A DNA stretch of 64,000 nt from Thermococcus sp. JdFR-02 (lineage in GTDB: Archaea > Methanobacteriota_B > Thermococci > Thermococcales > Thermococcaceae), in the NCBI GenBank assembly GCA_002009975.1, contig MTLP01000022.1, forward strand, positions 48,207 to 112,206, given 5' to 3'. The number at the start of each line of letters is the position of its first letter. The first letter of the stretch is position 1. A program made the position numbers and the translations under genes. Below the pieces are notes generated by a model. It did no database searches. It was not told where the DNA came from and worked only from the letters and a program-made list of their open reading frames with translations. Of the stretch, positions 52,173-64,000 are shown one piece after another.

Positions 52173-54961
52173 TGAGCCAGAAAACTCTTGACACGTATAT
52201 TTCAAACAGAATGACTTCGCCTTTCCTAGGATTAATAAGAGCCAAAAGTAGTGACGCTCCCAGTTATTTGCTTAGAGATCACGTAATTGAAGCTCTTAAG
52301 AGGTGCGTCACTCTTTATCAGTTCATATCGAGCATGAACAGCCTCTCCTATGAACCCCTAAAAGATGAAGATGGCAGAAGGGAATTCTTTAAGGCCTTAG
52401 CAAAAGCCGTGATACTCCATGATCTTGGCAAGATAAGTTATGACTTCCAGAAAAGGCTCTACGGTCACGATAATTGGAAAGAACTGGAAGGACTTCTAAG
52501 AGACACAAAGGGAATAAAAGTGAGACACGAGATATTATCGCTTACTTGGACGGTTGGACTGCTCGGCAATTCCAAGTGGGATGCCAAGATACGGACGGCT
52601 ATCCTTCTACACCACTACAACGAATTCTTCTCAGAGGAGAAAAGCCTAGCTGATGTTGTGCTCTCTTACAAGACCGACGTGACGAAATATCTGAGGTTTC
52701 TCGTGAATAAGCAGGAGGAGCTTAAAGCATTTATCAGGGCCCTTTACATGGAATTGGGAAAGCAATTTGATGAGGGCTTCATACAAAAGGCCCTAGAAGA
52801 GCTGAATGAGGAGATAAACTTCTCAAGATTCTCGAAACTACTTAATGCAATAGAGAACTGGGTAGATGACCTCTTTGAATACGCTTCTATGCACGAGCCC
52901 GAGCGCATGGAGGTGGACTTCCTTGTCTTCCTCGGCATGTTGAGGAGATGTGATTACTCCTCAAGTGGGAACTTTTCAGTTGAGACCGTACAAGACTTTG
53001 AAGCAATCTTTGAGGATGTTGATGTCAGAATAATAAACGCGATCAAAGAAAAGAACATACGGTTTGAGGGGCTTTGGCAGGCCGAGATACTCAAACGGCA
53101 CAACGATGACTATCTAATAGTCGTCGCACCGACTGGCTCAGGAAAGACGGAACTGGCCGTTCTTTGGGCTAAGAACAGAGGCAAGCTCATTTACACGTTA
53201 CCACTAAGGGTTGCCCTCAACGATCTTTACAAAAGACTTTCTAAGGAATATTTCCCAAAAGAACTTCCCAGGAATAGAGGTACAGACTGGGAAGAAATTG
53301 TTGGCTTATTGCACTCAACGGCGTTCATGGAGTACGTGGAGGGCGCTGGAAGTGACATTGAGGTTGAGAAAAAGGTAAACTCTGCCAGAATGCTGGCGAT
53401 GCCAGTAATGCTTTCGACTCCTGATCAAGTGTTCCTGACGGGTCTAAACTACTATGGCTCTGATAAAGTCATCTCAGTGTACCCTGAATCTGCCATAGTG
53501 GTTGATGAGATCCAGGCATATACTCCGGAGATGGCAGCTGTTTTCCTGAAAACACTCCAGCTTATACAAAAGGCTGGGGGAAGGGTCCTCATAATCACTG
53601 CTACATTGCCACCGTTTGTAAAATGGTTTTTATCTGAGTTTCCTAGAGATGAAGTCGAGAGACTTGGTGTAAATATTGAGAAGTTCCAAGGAGCAAAAAC
53701 TCCGAACTTTAGCTTTAAAGTTATCGATGTTCTTACCGAGGCCAAAAAAAGTGGACTCAACGTGAAGAACCTCTGGATAAAACGGCATAGGATTGAGATA
53801 ATTGAAGAAAGCCTGTTTAGTTACGAACAGGATGAAAACTCTAAACGAATCATACCAAAGTTTGTTGGCAGGCAAAAAGTAGAGGATAAGCTTAGAGAAT
53901 TCGAAAGTAAAGGTCTTAAAACTATCATGATTGTGGTTAACAACGTCAGGAAAGCTATTGAAATGTACAAAGCTTTTAACGGACAAGGCTCTTCCAAAAC
54001 TCCACTAGAAGGCTGGGATGTGTACTTACTGCACTCCCGTCTTCCGGAAATTAGAAAAGAGCAGACAATAAAAGAGGTTCAGAAAATTTTAAAGAGGTAT
54101 AGAGATTCTAGGAGGATTAATAAGCCACTACTCCTCATAACGACACAGGTTGTTGAAGCTTCCATTGACGTTGACTTTGATGCTATGATAACTGAAATTT
54201 CCCCTATAGACAGCCAAGTTCAGAGGTGGGGTAGAGTTTATAGAAATCGGAGCAGGGACTACGATAATAAAATTCCAAATATCATCGTATTCTCAGGTGC
54301 TGAAATAGACAGGGGAACGATTTCAGTTTACGGTCAAGGAATAGGCGAAAGTAAAGAACTAGGTAAAAAGGTCTTAGAAAAGACTGTAGAAGTTCTCAAG
54401 GAACTTAACGGACAATTGTTAGATTACTGGGTTGAGAGGACCTTAATCGAGAAGGTCTACAGTGGAGAAATCCTCGAAAGGTATATTTATGCTATCACGG
54501 AACTGTTGGAGAAACTCGACTACTTCACCCTCGAAAAGAAGAGCGAGGCCCAGAGAGTCTTCCGCCAGATGGGTGGGATGTATTTCGTGGTACCAGCACT
54601 TATGAAATCCTGGGGGAGAGCTCAGGGGGACAAACTAATTGAAAAGTTTGGAGAAATCCTCAGCAACAATACCAATCTTAAGCTTAGTTGGGAGGAAATA
54701 GCCCAAAAACTTTCCCAAGAAGTTGAACGCGAGGTCAACAAATGGGAGCTCAAAAAAATACTTCAGGAGTTTTCAGTTAACGTGCCAATATGGTTTGTTT
54801 TAAGGGATCACGGCCTTCAGCATGCACTCCACAACACTACGTTCAAAGGTTATCCTGTTGTTTTGAGATGGCAAGAAGAAGCGACAGCTGAAGAGTTATG
54901 GGAATATGGTGTTGATGAGGTTATCAACAAAGATTTAGATGTGGAGGAGGATATGCTCTAA
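52169..54961 (+). CDS. cas3: Cas3 HD nuclease-helicase
   Basis: HDLGK, RHE, APTGSGKT, DEIQ, TAT, LHSR, TQVVEAS.D.D and QRWGR. Confidence 0.96.
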   Translation: MMSQKTLDTYISNRMTSPFLGLIRAKSSDAPSYLLRDHVIEALKRCVTLYQFISSMNSLSYEPLKDEDGRREFFKALAKAVILHDLGKISYDFQKRLYGHDNWKELEGLLRDTKGIKVRHEILSLTWTVGLLGNSKWDAKIRTAILLHHYNEFFSEEKSLADVVLSYKTDVTKYLRFLVNKQEELKAFIRALYMELGKQFDEGFIQKALEELNEEINFSRFSKLLNAIENWVDDLFEYASMHEPERMEVDFLVFLGMLRRCDYSSSGNFSVETVQDFEAIFEDVDVRIINAIKEKNIRFEGLWQAEILKRHNDDYLIVVAPTGSGKTELAVLWAKNRGKLIYTLPLRVALNDLYKRLSKEYFPKELPRNRGTDWEEIVGLLHSTAFMEYVEGAGSDIEVEKKVNSARMLAMPVMLSTPDQVFLTGLNYYGSDKVISVYPESAIVVDEIQAYTPEMAAVFLKTLQLIQKAGGRVLIITATLPPFVKWFLSEFPRDEVERLGVNIEKFQGAKTPNFSFKVIDVLTEAKKSGLNVKNLWIKRHRIEIIEESLFSYEQDENSKRIIPKFVGRQKVEDKLREFESKGLKTIMIVVNNVRKAIEMYKAFNGQGSSKTPLEGWDVYLLHSRLPEIRKEQTIKEVQKILKRYRDSRRINKPLLLITTQVVEASIDVDFDAMITEISPIDSQVQRWGRVYRNRSRDYDNKIPNIIVFSGAEIDRGTISVYGQGIGESKELGKKVLEKTVEVLKELNGQLLDYWVERTLIEKVYSGEILERYIYAITELLEKLDYFTLEKKSEAQRVFRQMGGMYFVVPALMKSWGRAQGDKLIEKFGEILSNNTNLKLSWEEIAQKLSQEVEREVNKWELKKILQEFSVNVPIWFVLRDHGLQHALHNTTFKGYPVVLRWQEEATAEELWEYGVDEVINKDLDVEEDML

Positions 54962-55034
54962 GCATCTAATTACATCCAAAACTATAACAGCAACAACTGT
55001 AATAAGGATTATAGCAAAAACTATAAAAACTATT

Positions 55035-55048
55035 ACAAATTAATTTGT
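55035..55048. promoter_or_regulatory. Perfect 14-bp palindrome ACAAATTAATTTGT
   Basis: Between a TATAAAA box (~55022) and the AGGTGA site of the ATPase gene. Confidence 0.5.
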
Positions 55049-55064
55049 TACAGGTGAAACTATA

Positions 55065-57677
<2,613 letters not shown>

Positions 57678-57680
57678 GAC

Positions 57681-59948
57681 TCATGGATGCTCTCTAATCC
57701 CAAACCATCTATTGATCCAAGACCTCAGTCCCAAATCTTTCTTTACCAATATTACGGTTTTTCTGCACTCGCTCGCTATTTTCTGTGGAATCTCTCCAAA
57801 CAGCAAACGCTGAAGGAACCCCTCACGTGTAGCCCCTAGAATAACCAAATCATGCTTTTGAGCTTCTTCCAATATTCCATCTACAACACTATCCCTCTCA
57901 ATAATTTTCACGTTAACCTGCACACCAGAAAATTGTTTTAAAATATGCTGTAAGCGTCTTTCAATCCTAGATCTTTTTTCTCCACTCGTGTTGACGTTTA
58001 AGACAGTAACCCTTGCCCCATAGGCTTTAGCTAATATATTAGCTATTTCTGCAGCCATTAAGCTGTGAACCCCTCCATTGGATGGAAGAAGAATGCTTTT
58101 GATTCTTTCGTACTTCTCAGTTTCTCCAGGCTTAACTACCATAATATCGCATGGGGCATTTTCAATGATCTTATCCAAGTTGCTGCCCATGATGTACCTT
58201 CTCCACCTTGGATACCCTCTCCAGCCTAAAATTAGAAGATCCGGGTCTTGATCTCTAACAGCACTTAAGACACCTCTAAAGACACTATGAGCATAATAGA
58301 TTATCCCCTCAACCTTTTCTTTGCCTTTAAGTTGAGATTTCGCTTCTTTGATGACCCTAATATTTTCCGAAGCAAACCTCTTGGCTTCTTCTAATGGTGT
58401 TTGCTCAGGAACCGTTACAACACTAACTATGACAAGTTCATCATCCTTAGCTTCCGCAATTTTTTCAGCATATTTTGTGAGTATCTTGGCGTTTCTGGGA
58501 TTTGATACAGATACTAGGATCTTATACCTCCGAGTTTCCAGTTTTTCCTCAAATACTACTTCTCTTTCAATCTCTTCCTTTTTTCTGGCTTGCCTGTATG
58601 TGGAGTATATGAGAAGTCCAAAAGAAATCCATGCAATAGTTATCAGCCAAGCAGTTGGGCTAACGTTAAAAATCCAAATTGAAAGAATTAATTGCAAAAA
58701 GATAGCCAAAAGAGGTATATAGGGGAAATAAGGTATCAAAAAGCCATAATCAAGTTCATCTCCCCTCTCTATCCTGATCTTTATAACAGATGCATTCACA
58801 AGAAGGAAAATTAGGAGAAATACTATATCAGCACTGGCAGCAACATCCTCTATCGGAAAAACGAGAGCTATTGTGATTACAATTATGGAGGAAAGGAAAA
58901 GAGCATAATGTGGAATTCTCCTCTTTCTATGGATTTGGGAGATAAAAGAAGGTAAGCGTCCATCTCTACTCATTGCAAAAAGTACTCTCGTACCAGAGTA
59001 TATTGTAGCATTTAAAGCAGAAGTCGACGAGAAGATAGCCGCAAGGGTTATGAGAAGTCCTCCATAGGGCATTAGGTCTTTTATGGCTTCTCCCATCCCT
59101 ACAGGTCCCAGTTGAGCAAACCATTCTGAAATTGGAATGTTTCCTGGCTCTGCACCTACAATAGCCGCAAATGCAAAGAGGAGATAAGTTGTAGTGACTG
59201 CTACCACAGAGTATAGAATTGCCTTAGGTATATTCTCCTTGGGATTTATAGCCTCTTCCCCTGCATGAGCTATAACTTCATAACCCTCAAAACCCACGTA
59301 TGTGAATCCCATTGCCATTAATATCTTATCCCAACCATTTGGAACGAAGTTAGAAAAGTAAGAGAGTTTTTCGGGATGTAGAATTGTGTAAAAAATAGCA
59401 AAAACCCCTATAAATCCGAGAGTTAGCATCTGCCCTATGGTAATAATGTTCTCAATGTTTCCAGTTTCTGAAACTCCAATATAATTCACCACAATGAAGA
59501 AGAGAGCAATCCCAAGAGCTAAAATCTTCTCGAGAAAACCCGGAAAAATCCCAAGAATAGAGAACAGAGCTGTTCCTTTCAAAAGAAAAACGGTATAAGT
59601 TGCAAAAGTTATTGCATAAAGGCTTCCAGCAACTGTTAAGGCGAACCAATTTATCCATCCGGAAAGGAATCCAATGAGCCCTTTAAAAGCTTCATCTATG
59701 TATGTATACGCCCCTCCAGCTGTAGGAAGAGCAGAAGAAAGCTCTGCAAATGACATTGCTGAAAATAATGCAACCAAACCATTTAAAGCAAAGGCTATCA
59801 ATATTCCTCCAGAACCAGCGAAACCAATTGAAATACCAGTAGCAACAAAAACACCCGCTCCTATCATCATCCCCATGCCCATCATCATTAAATGAATTAT
59901 CGATAGACCTCTAGAAAGCTCAATCTTCTCTTCAACTTGATTTTCCAT
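57681..59948 (-). CDS. APC-family amino acid/cation transporter with two C-terminal USP domains
   Basis: MIGAGVF, AELS..P.AGG.Y and GFE; USP motifs DLLILGW...GS..D.I...APCD and DLVILGA...LFG. Confidence 0.88.
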   Translation of the reverse strand: MENQVEEKIELSRGLSIIHLMMMGMGMMIGAGVFVATGISIGFAGSGGILIAFALNGLVALFSAMSFAELSSALPTAGGAYTYIDEAFKGLIGFLSGWINWFALTVAGSLYAITFATYTVFLLKGTALFSILGIFPGFLEKILALGIALFFIVVNYIGVSETGNIENIITIGQMLTLGFIGVFAIFYTILHPEKLSYFSNFVPNGWDKILMAMGFTYVGFEGYEVIAHAGEEAINPKENIPKAILYSVVAVTTTYLLFAFAAIVGAEPGNIPISEWFAQLGPVGMGEAIKDLMPYGGLLITLAAIFSSTSALNATIYSGTRVLFAMSRDGRLPSFISQIHRKRRIPHYALFLSSIIVITIALVFPIEDVAASADIVFLLIFLLVNASVIKIRIERGDELDYGFLIPYFPYIPLLAIFLQLILSIWIFNVSPTAWLITIAWISFGLLIYSTYRQARKKEEIEREVVFEEKLETRRYKILVSVSNPRNAKILTKYAEKIAEAKDDELVIVSVVTVPEQTPLEEAKRFASENIRVIKEAKSQLKGKEKVEGIIYYAHSVFRGVLSAVRDQDPDLLILGWRGYPRWRRYIMGSNLDKIIENAPCDIMVVKPGETEKYERIKSILLPSNGGVHSLMAAEIANILAKAYGARVTVLNVNTSGEKRSRIERRLQHILKQFSGVQVNVKIIERDSVVDGILEEAQKHDLVILGATREGFLQRLLFGEIPQKIASECRKTVILVKKDLGLRSWINRWFGIREHP

Positions 59949-59953
59949 TGAAT

Positions 59954-60148
59954 TTACCTCCTTTTTGCTCTTGTGTCCCTTTGAACTTCGCGAACATGCT
60001 TTATTTTCTTTTTAAAATATCTCCTTTTCTGCTCTATTTTTCTTCTCGCTATTTCTTCAATAATTCTTTTAGACTTAATTAACAGAGCTAGCATTACCCC
60101 ATAAGCTGTTATTATGATTGAAACCCCGGTTATTTGCACTATGTCCAT
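59954..60148 (-). CDS. Small single-TM basic protein upstream of the APC transporter
   Basis: GGGGG upstream, one TM, Lys/Arg tail; 5 nt from the transporter start. Confidence 0.55.
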   Translation of the reverse strand: MDIVQITGVSIIITAYGVMLALLIKSKRIIEEIARRKIEQKRRYFKKKIKHVREVQRDTRAKRR

Positions 60149-60208
60149 AGGATTTCCCCCGAAGCAAACTCAACATGATAATCATCATTAAGTAACACTT
60201 CCTCGTTT

Positions 60209-60466
60209 TTAAATAATATCCTCCAGTGGATTCTTCTCTATTCCAAATGTTTCCCTCTTTGGCTTTGAGCGAAGCTTGTAAATTATTATTGAGTCTTCAT
60301 TTTCATCAATGAGATTTAAAAGCCCATCTTTAATTCTCTCAAACTCTGCTAAAGTTATTTCTCCCTCAAAAACGCTATTTTGAACCCAGTTTAAGTGCTG
60401 TCTTAAGAACTTCTTAACTTTGTTAACTCTTGAGACATTTACGTCGTAAACTATGACCACATACAT
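60209..60466 (-). CDS. cas2: Cas2
   Basis: MYVVIVYDV...WVQNSVFEG. Confidence 0.96.
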   Translation of the reverse strand: MYVVIVYDVNVSRVNKVKKFLRQHLNWVQNSVFEGEITLAEFERIKDGLLNLIDENEDSIIIYKLRSKPKRETFGIEKNPLEDII

Positions 60467-60469
60467 GGT

Positions 60470-60989
60470 GCATCAAAGGGAGTTACACATTTAAGAATTT
60501 TAACTTTTTGAAAGTTTTTCAATTCTCATTCCTAGGTTTGGTCTCTGCTTTTTGAAACTTATGATGGTTTTTAGTTTGGAGTCCCCCTCTTGAGGGATTT
60601 TGGGAATGTTTATTAACATTTTGTTAGATTTTAACATCATGTTATAGATTTTTGGCTTTTTGTAACATTGTAAATGTATCCATTAGAGTATTGGATGATA
60701 TTTGGGCTTTGTTAGTGCTATTTCTTCCATAAAGTTTACCATTTTGTATTTGAATTCCTCTAAGGGCAGATTTTTGGATTTTAGCTGTTCCTAAAGTCTT
60801 GGAAGTCTCATGCACAAATTTATACATTGAGCTAATCCCTGAATAGTTAAGAAGCTTTGGGCACTAACTTCTTCATCAACTCGTCTTTAGAACCCCATGA
60901 ACGCTCGATTATTATCCCTTTGCCAAAAACCTTTTATATTTTGAGTTCTTTTAGAGTTTTATTGGAGAAATAGGGGAAAATTCGCCCCT
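60470..60989 (+). promoter_or_regulatory. CRISPR leader (~520 bp, AT-rich)
   Basis: Non-coding; AAAAACCTTTTATAT BRE/TATA near 60925-60940; ends ...TTCGCCCCT at the first repeat. Confidence 0.8.
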
Positions 60990-63900
60990 GTTCCAATAAG
61001 ACTCTAAGAGAATTGAAAGGTTCATGCTTCGCCCCCTCCTCCAACGCTTATTCTCAAGTTCCAATAAGACTCTAAGAGAATTGAAAGTGCGCCCGTGTCT
61101 GCCCACTTCGACGCGTCAAAAGTGTTCCAATAAGACTCTAAGAGAATTGAAAGCGCTGTCATTTTTTAAGCCCCCTATACACTTCTTTAAAGTTCCAATA
61201 AGACTCTAAGAGAATTGAAAGCACTTTTCCCCTGTCAAGCGCTGTTTTTATAGCATATTGGTTCCAATAAGACTCTAAGAGAATTGAAAGTAAATCCCTG
61301 AACAAAATAATGTCCTTTACCTTGCGTTCCAATAAGACTCTAAGAGAATTGAAAGTTTCTTTACCCTCCTGCTAAAAATCGCCTAAACATTTTGTTCCAA
61401 TAAGACTCTAAGAGAATTGAAAGCATAGCTCAGCGACTTATACCAACTAAGCCCAACCTTAAGTTCCAATAAGACTCTAAGAGAATTGAAAGTAATACAT
61501 GAAAATATCAGCGCTTGAATTTGCCGCTATGTTCCAATAAGACTCTAAGAGAATTGAAAGTCCACAACCACATACCATAAACCCTGCTTGTTCTTGGTTC
61601 CAATAAGACTCTAAGAGAATTGAAAGGTTACTACGTAGCCCTCTTCCTCCGCTGAGAAAGCCGCTGGTTCCAATAAGACTCTAAGAGAATTGAAAGTAGC
61701 AGAATTTGAGTAGAACCTGAGCGCTTTCTGCGGTTCCAATAAGACTCTAAGAGAATTGAAAGCAATGCAAATTTGTAGCGTCCTAAAGGATAGAGTTTAA
61801 CGTTCCAATAAGACTCTAAGAGAATTGAAAGGTTAAATTAATCTATTTTGGCGATTTTGATAATGTTATCGTTCCAATAAGACTCTAAGAGAATTGAAAG
61901 TAATAATCTTTCTTACTTTTTCATATTTCTGAGAAAGGTTCCAATAAGACTCTAAGAGAATTGAAAGAAGAAAGGGAAGGAAAGAGGTTGTAGAAATCTT
62001 AAAATGTTCCAATAAGACTCTAAGAGAATTGAAAGTTTTTCTTAACTTCTTGAAACTTTTCTTTTTCTTTGATAGTTCCAATAAGACTCTAAGAGAATTG
62101 AAAGGTCGAGGTTAAAAGCTGTCAAATAGTGATAAACGATGGGTTCCAATAAGACTCTAAGAGAATTGAAAGACAAACATAATTAGAAGACCAGTTCCTA
62201 GCAACACTATGTTCCAATAAGACTCTAAGAGAATTGAAAGTATTTATAATTTCGATTAACGGGAATTTTGAAGCAATTGTTCCAATAAGACTCTAAGAGA
62301 ATTGAAAGTACAAAATTGAAGCTTCATGCTTTCGTAATTTAGCGTGTTCCAATAAGACTCTAAGAGAATTGAAAGAGCGACGAAAAGGAGTATAGAAAGT
62401 TGAAAGAAAAGGTTCCAATAAGACTCTAAGAGAATTGAAAGAGTACAACAACAGTAACACCAGGGCAATATTTCACCATAGTTCCAATAAGACTCTAAGA
62501 GAATTGAAAGATAACTCCCATCTTTGTTAAATAATGTCCAATTAAGCGTTCCAATAAGACTCTAAGAGAATTGAAAGGACGAGACCCAATAGCTATAAAT
62601 ACGTCATGAATTTGGGTTCCAATAAGACTCTAAGAGAATTGAAAGCTGAGTTCTCTGTTTTCTTTATGGCTTCAAAGTAAGGTTCCAATAAGACTCTAAG
62701 AGAATTGAAAGTGGACTTTGCTAATTCTCTCGCTCTATCGGCTAATTTCGTTCCAATAAGACTCTAAGAGAATTGAAAGGAAGTATTGGAAGCAAGTTAT
62801 ATTACCTGGGCGGATGTTCCAATAAGACTCTAAGAGAATTGAAAGACAGCAAGTGGCTTTGATGTAAAGCAGATCAGGGGGTGTTCCAATAAGACTCTAA
62901 GAGAATTGAAAGATGAATGCCGAACCGTAAGCCTCTCTTCCACACAGTTGTTCCAATAAGACTCTAAGAGAATTGAAAGGACTTCAACGGTCTTACTCTT
63001 AGTAACATTCCTTACAACAGTTCCAATAAGACTCTAAGAGAATTGAAAGGACGTTCTCAGGGTTCTAAAGCTAAGAGGAATCGTAACGTTCCAATAAGAC
63101 TCTAAGAGAATTGAAAGGAGGCATTCCGTCAGTAACTTCCTCATAGCGGTATGTGTTCCAATAAGACTCTAAGAGAATTGAAAGATATAGACAACCCAGA
63201 AACCTCTTTTGTGATAAGAATCCCGTTCCAATAAGACTCTAAGAGAATTGAAAGCTTTTTATGTCAATTATTTCCGCTTCCGCAAGTCCCAGTTCCAATA
63301 AGACTCTAAGAGAATTGAAAGTTATGGAGCAACTTTAGACAATGCAACAGTAAAAGAAGTTCCAATAAGACTCTAAGAGAATTGAAAGCCTTTGGAATGT
63401 ATTTATACCACTTCGTTGGAATTTGTTCCAATAAGACTCTAAGAGAATTGAAAGTGGCTACAAACATTGCAATTAATGCTGCCAACGCCCCGTTCCAATA
63501 AGACTCTAAGAGAATTGAAAGATTATACTTGAGGTGAATATTATGGGAACGGATGAAAGTTCCAATAAGACTCTAAGAGAATTGAAAGACTTTTTTGTAT
63601 GGGTGGATTGCAGCAATTTGTATCAGTTCCAATAAGACTCTAAGAGAATTGAAAGATAACTCCTTTATTTGTTTTTTAGAGCTTTTTAATAGCGTTCCAA
63701 TAAGACTCTAAGAGAATTGAAAGCACAAAGCTTTACAGCTTTCCGCCATAGGTTTATGAAACGTTCCAATAAGACTCTAAGAGAATTGAAAGTTACCTTT
63801 GCGATCGCGTCTTTAATATAGGTATATCGTTCCAATAAGACTCTAAGAGAATTGAAAGTTAGAGTATCCCCAATATTCTTAATAACCCCAAGTCCTACGG

Positions 63901-63998
63901 TTCCAATAAGACTCTAAGAGAATTGAAAGTTGGGCAAATTGGTCACTGTTGCCAATAGTGGGAAGCTTGTTCCAATAAGACTCTAAGAGAATTGAAAT
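60990..63998 (+). CRISPR. CRISPR array, repeat GTTCCAATAAGACTCTAAGAGAATTGAAAG (30 nt), 45 repeats and 44 spacers by manual count
   Basis: Identical repeats ending ATTGAAAG; ~36-41 nt unique spacers; last repeat ends GAAAT. Confidence 0.98.
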
Positions 63999-64000
63999 AA

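Noticed and set aside
60150-60208. Minus-strand C-box-like ATGATGA between cas2 and the small TM gene
   Set aside because: No matching CTGA D boxes at the right spacing.
60642-60827. 61-aa ORF in the CRISPR leader
   Set aside because: No ribosome site or recognisable motif; lies in an AT-rich leader.
61024-62468. ORFs with repeated peptides (SNKTLRELK, LSILLESYWN)
   Set aside because: They are translations of CRISPR repeats.
62510-63693. Two spacers starting ATAACTCC
   Set aside because: Only ~8 nt are shared; not a duplicated spacer. No self-targeting match within the window was noticed by eye, which is not exhaustive.

Overview
AT-rich archaeal DNA that looks like Thermococcales, judged from the CRISPR repeat, TreT/TrmB, the tandem 2-oxoacid:ferredoxin oxidoreductase genes and GGTGA-type ribosome sites. 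Left to right: (1) a DUF89 phosphatase and a divergent MFS transporter; (2) a ~2 kb minus-strand cassette resembling a bacteriocin/halocin locus, with two precursors sharing an almost identical 23-aa leader (one intact, one broken by an in-frame TAA), each followed by a small membrane protein, a SpoIIM/DUF95 gene between them, and a decayed IS200/IS605-type end; (3) housekeeping and regulatory genes (srp54, Lrp, YkgJ, PRTase-HTH, degenerate KaiC-V4R) and tRNA-Arg; (4) a ~20 kb carbohydrate region with two ABC systems, two TrmB regulators, GT2, GH38, GH5-like, TreT, an isomerase and a kinase, with readable operator motifs; (5) an unannotated ~170-nt rod-like, G-U-rich hairpin behind a TATA box; (6) rpl40e, three more tRNAs, udp, nreA, a C/D-box sRNA, surE, RaSEA and a duplicated oxidoreductase operon; (7) a type I-B-like CRISPR-Cas locus with a stand-alone Cas11-like gene, an inserted ATPase, an inverted cas2 separated from cas1 by an APC-USP transporter, and a 45-repeat array. 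All family calls come from motif recognition by eye; no searches were run.
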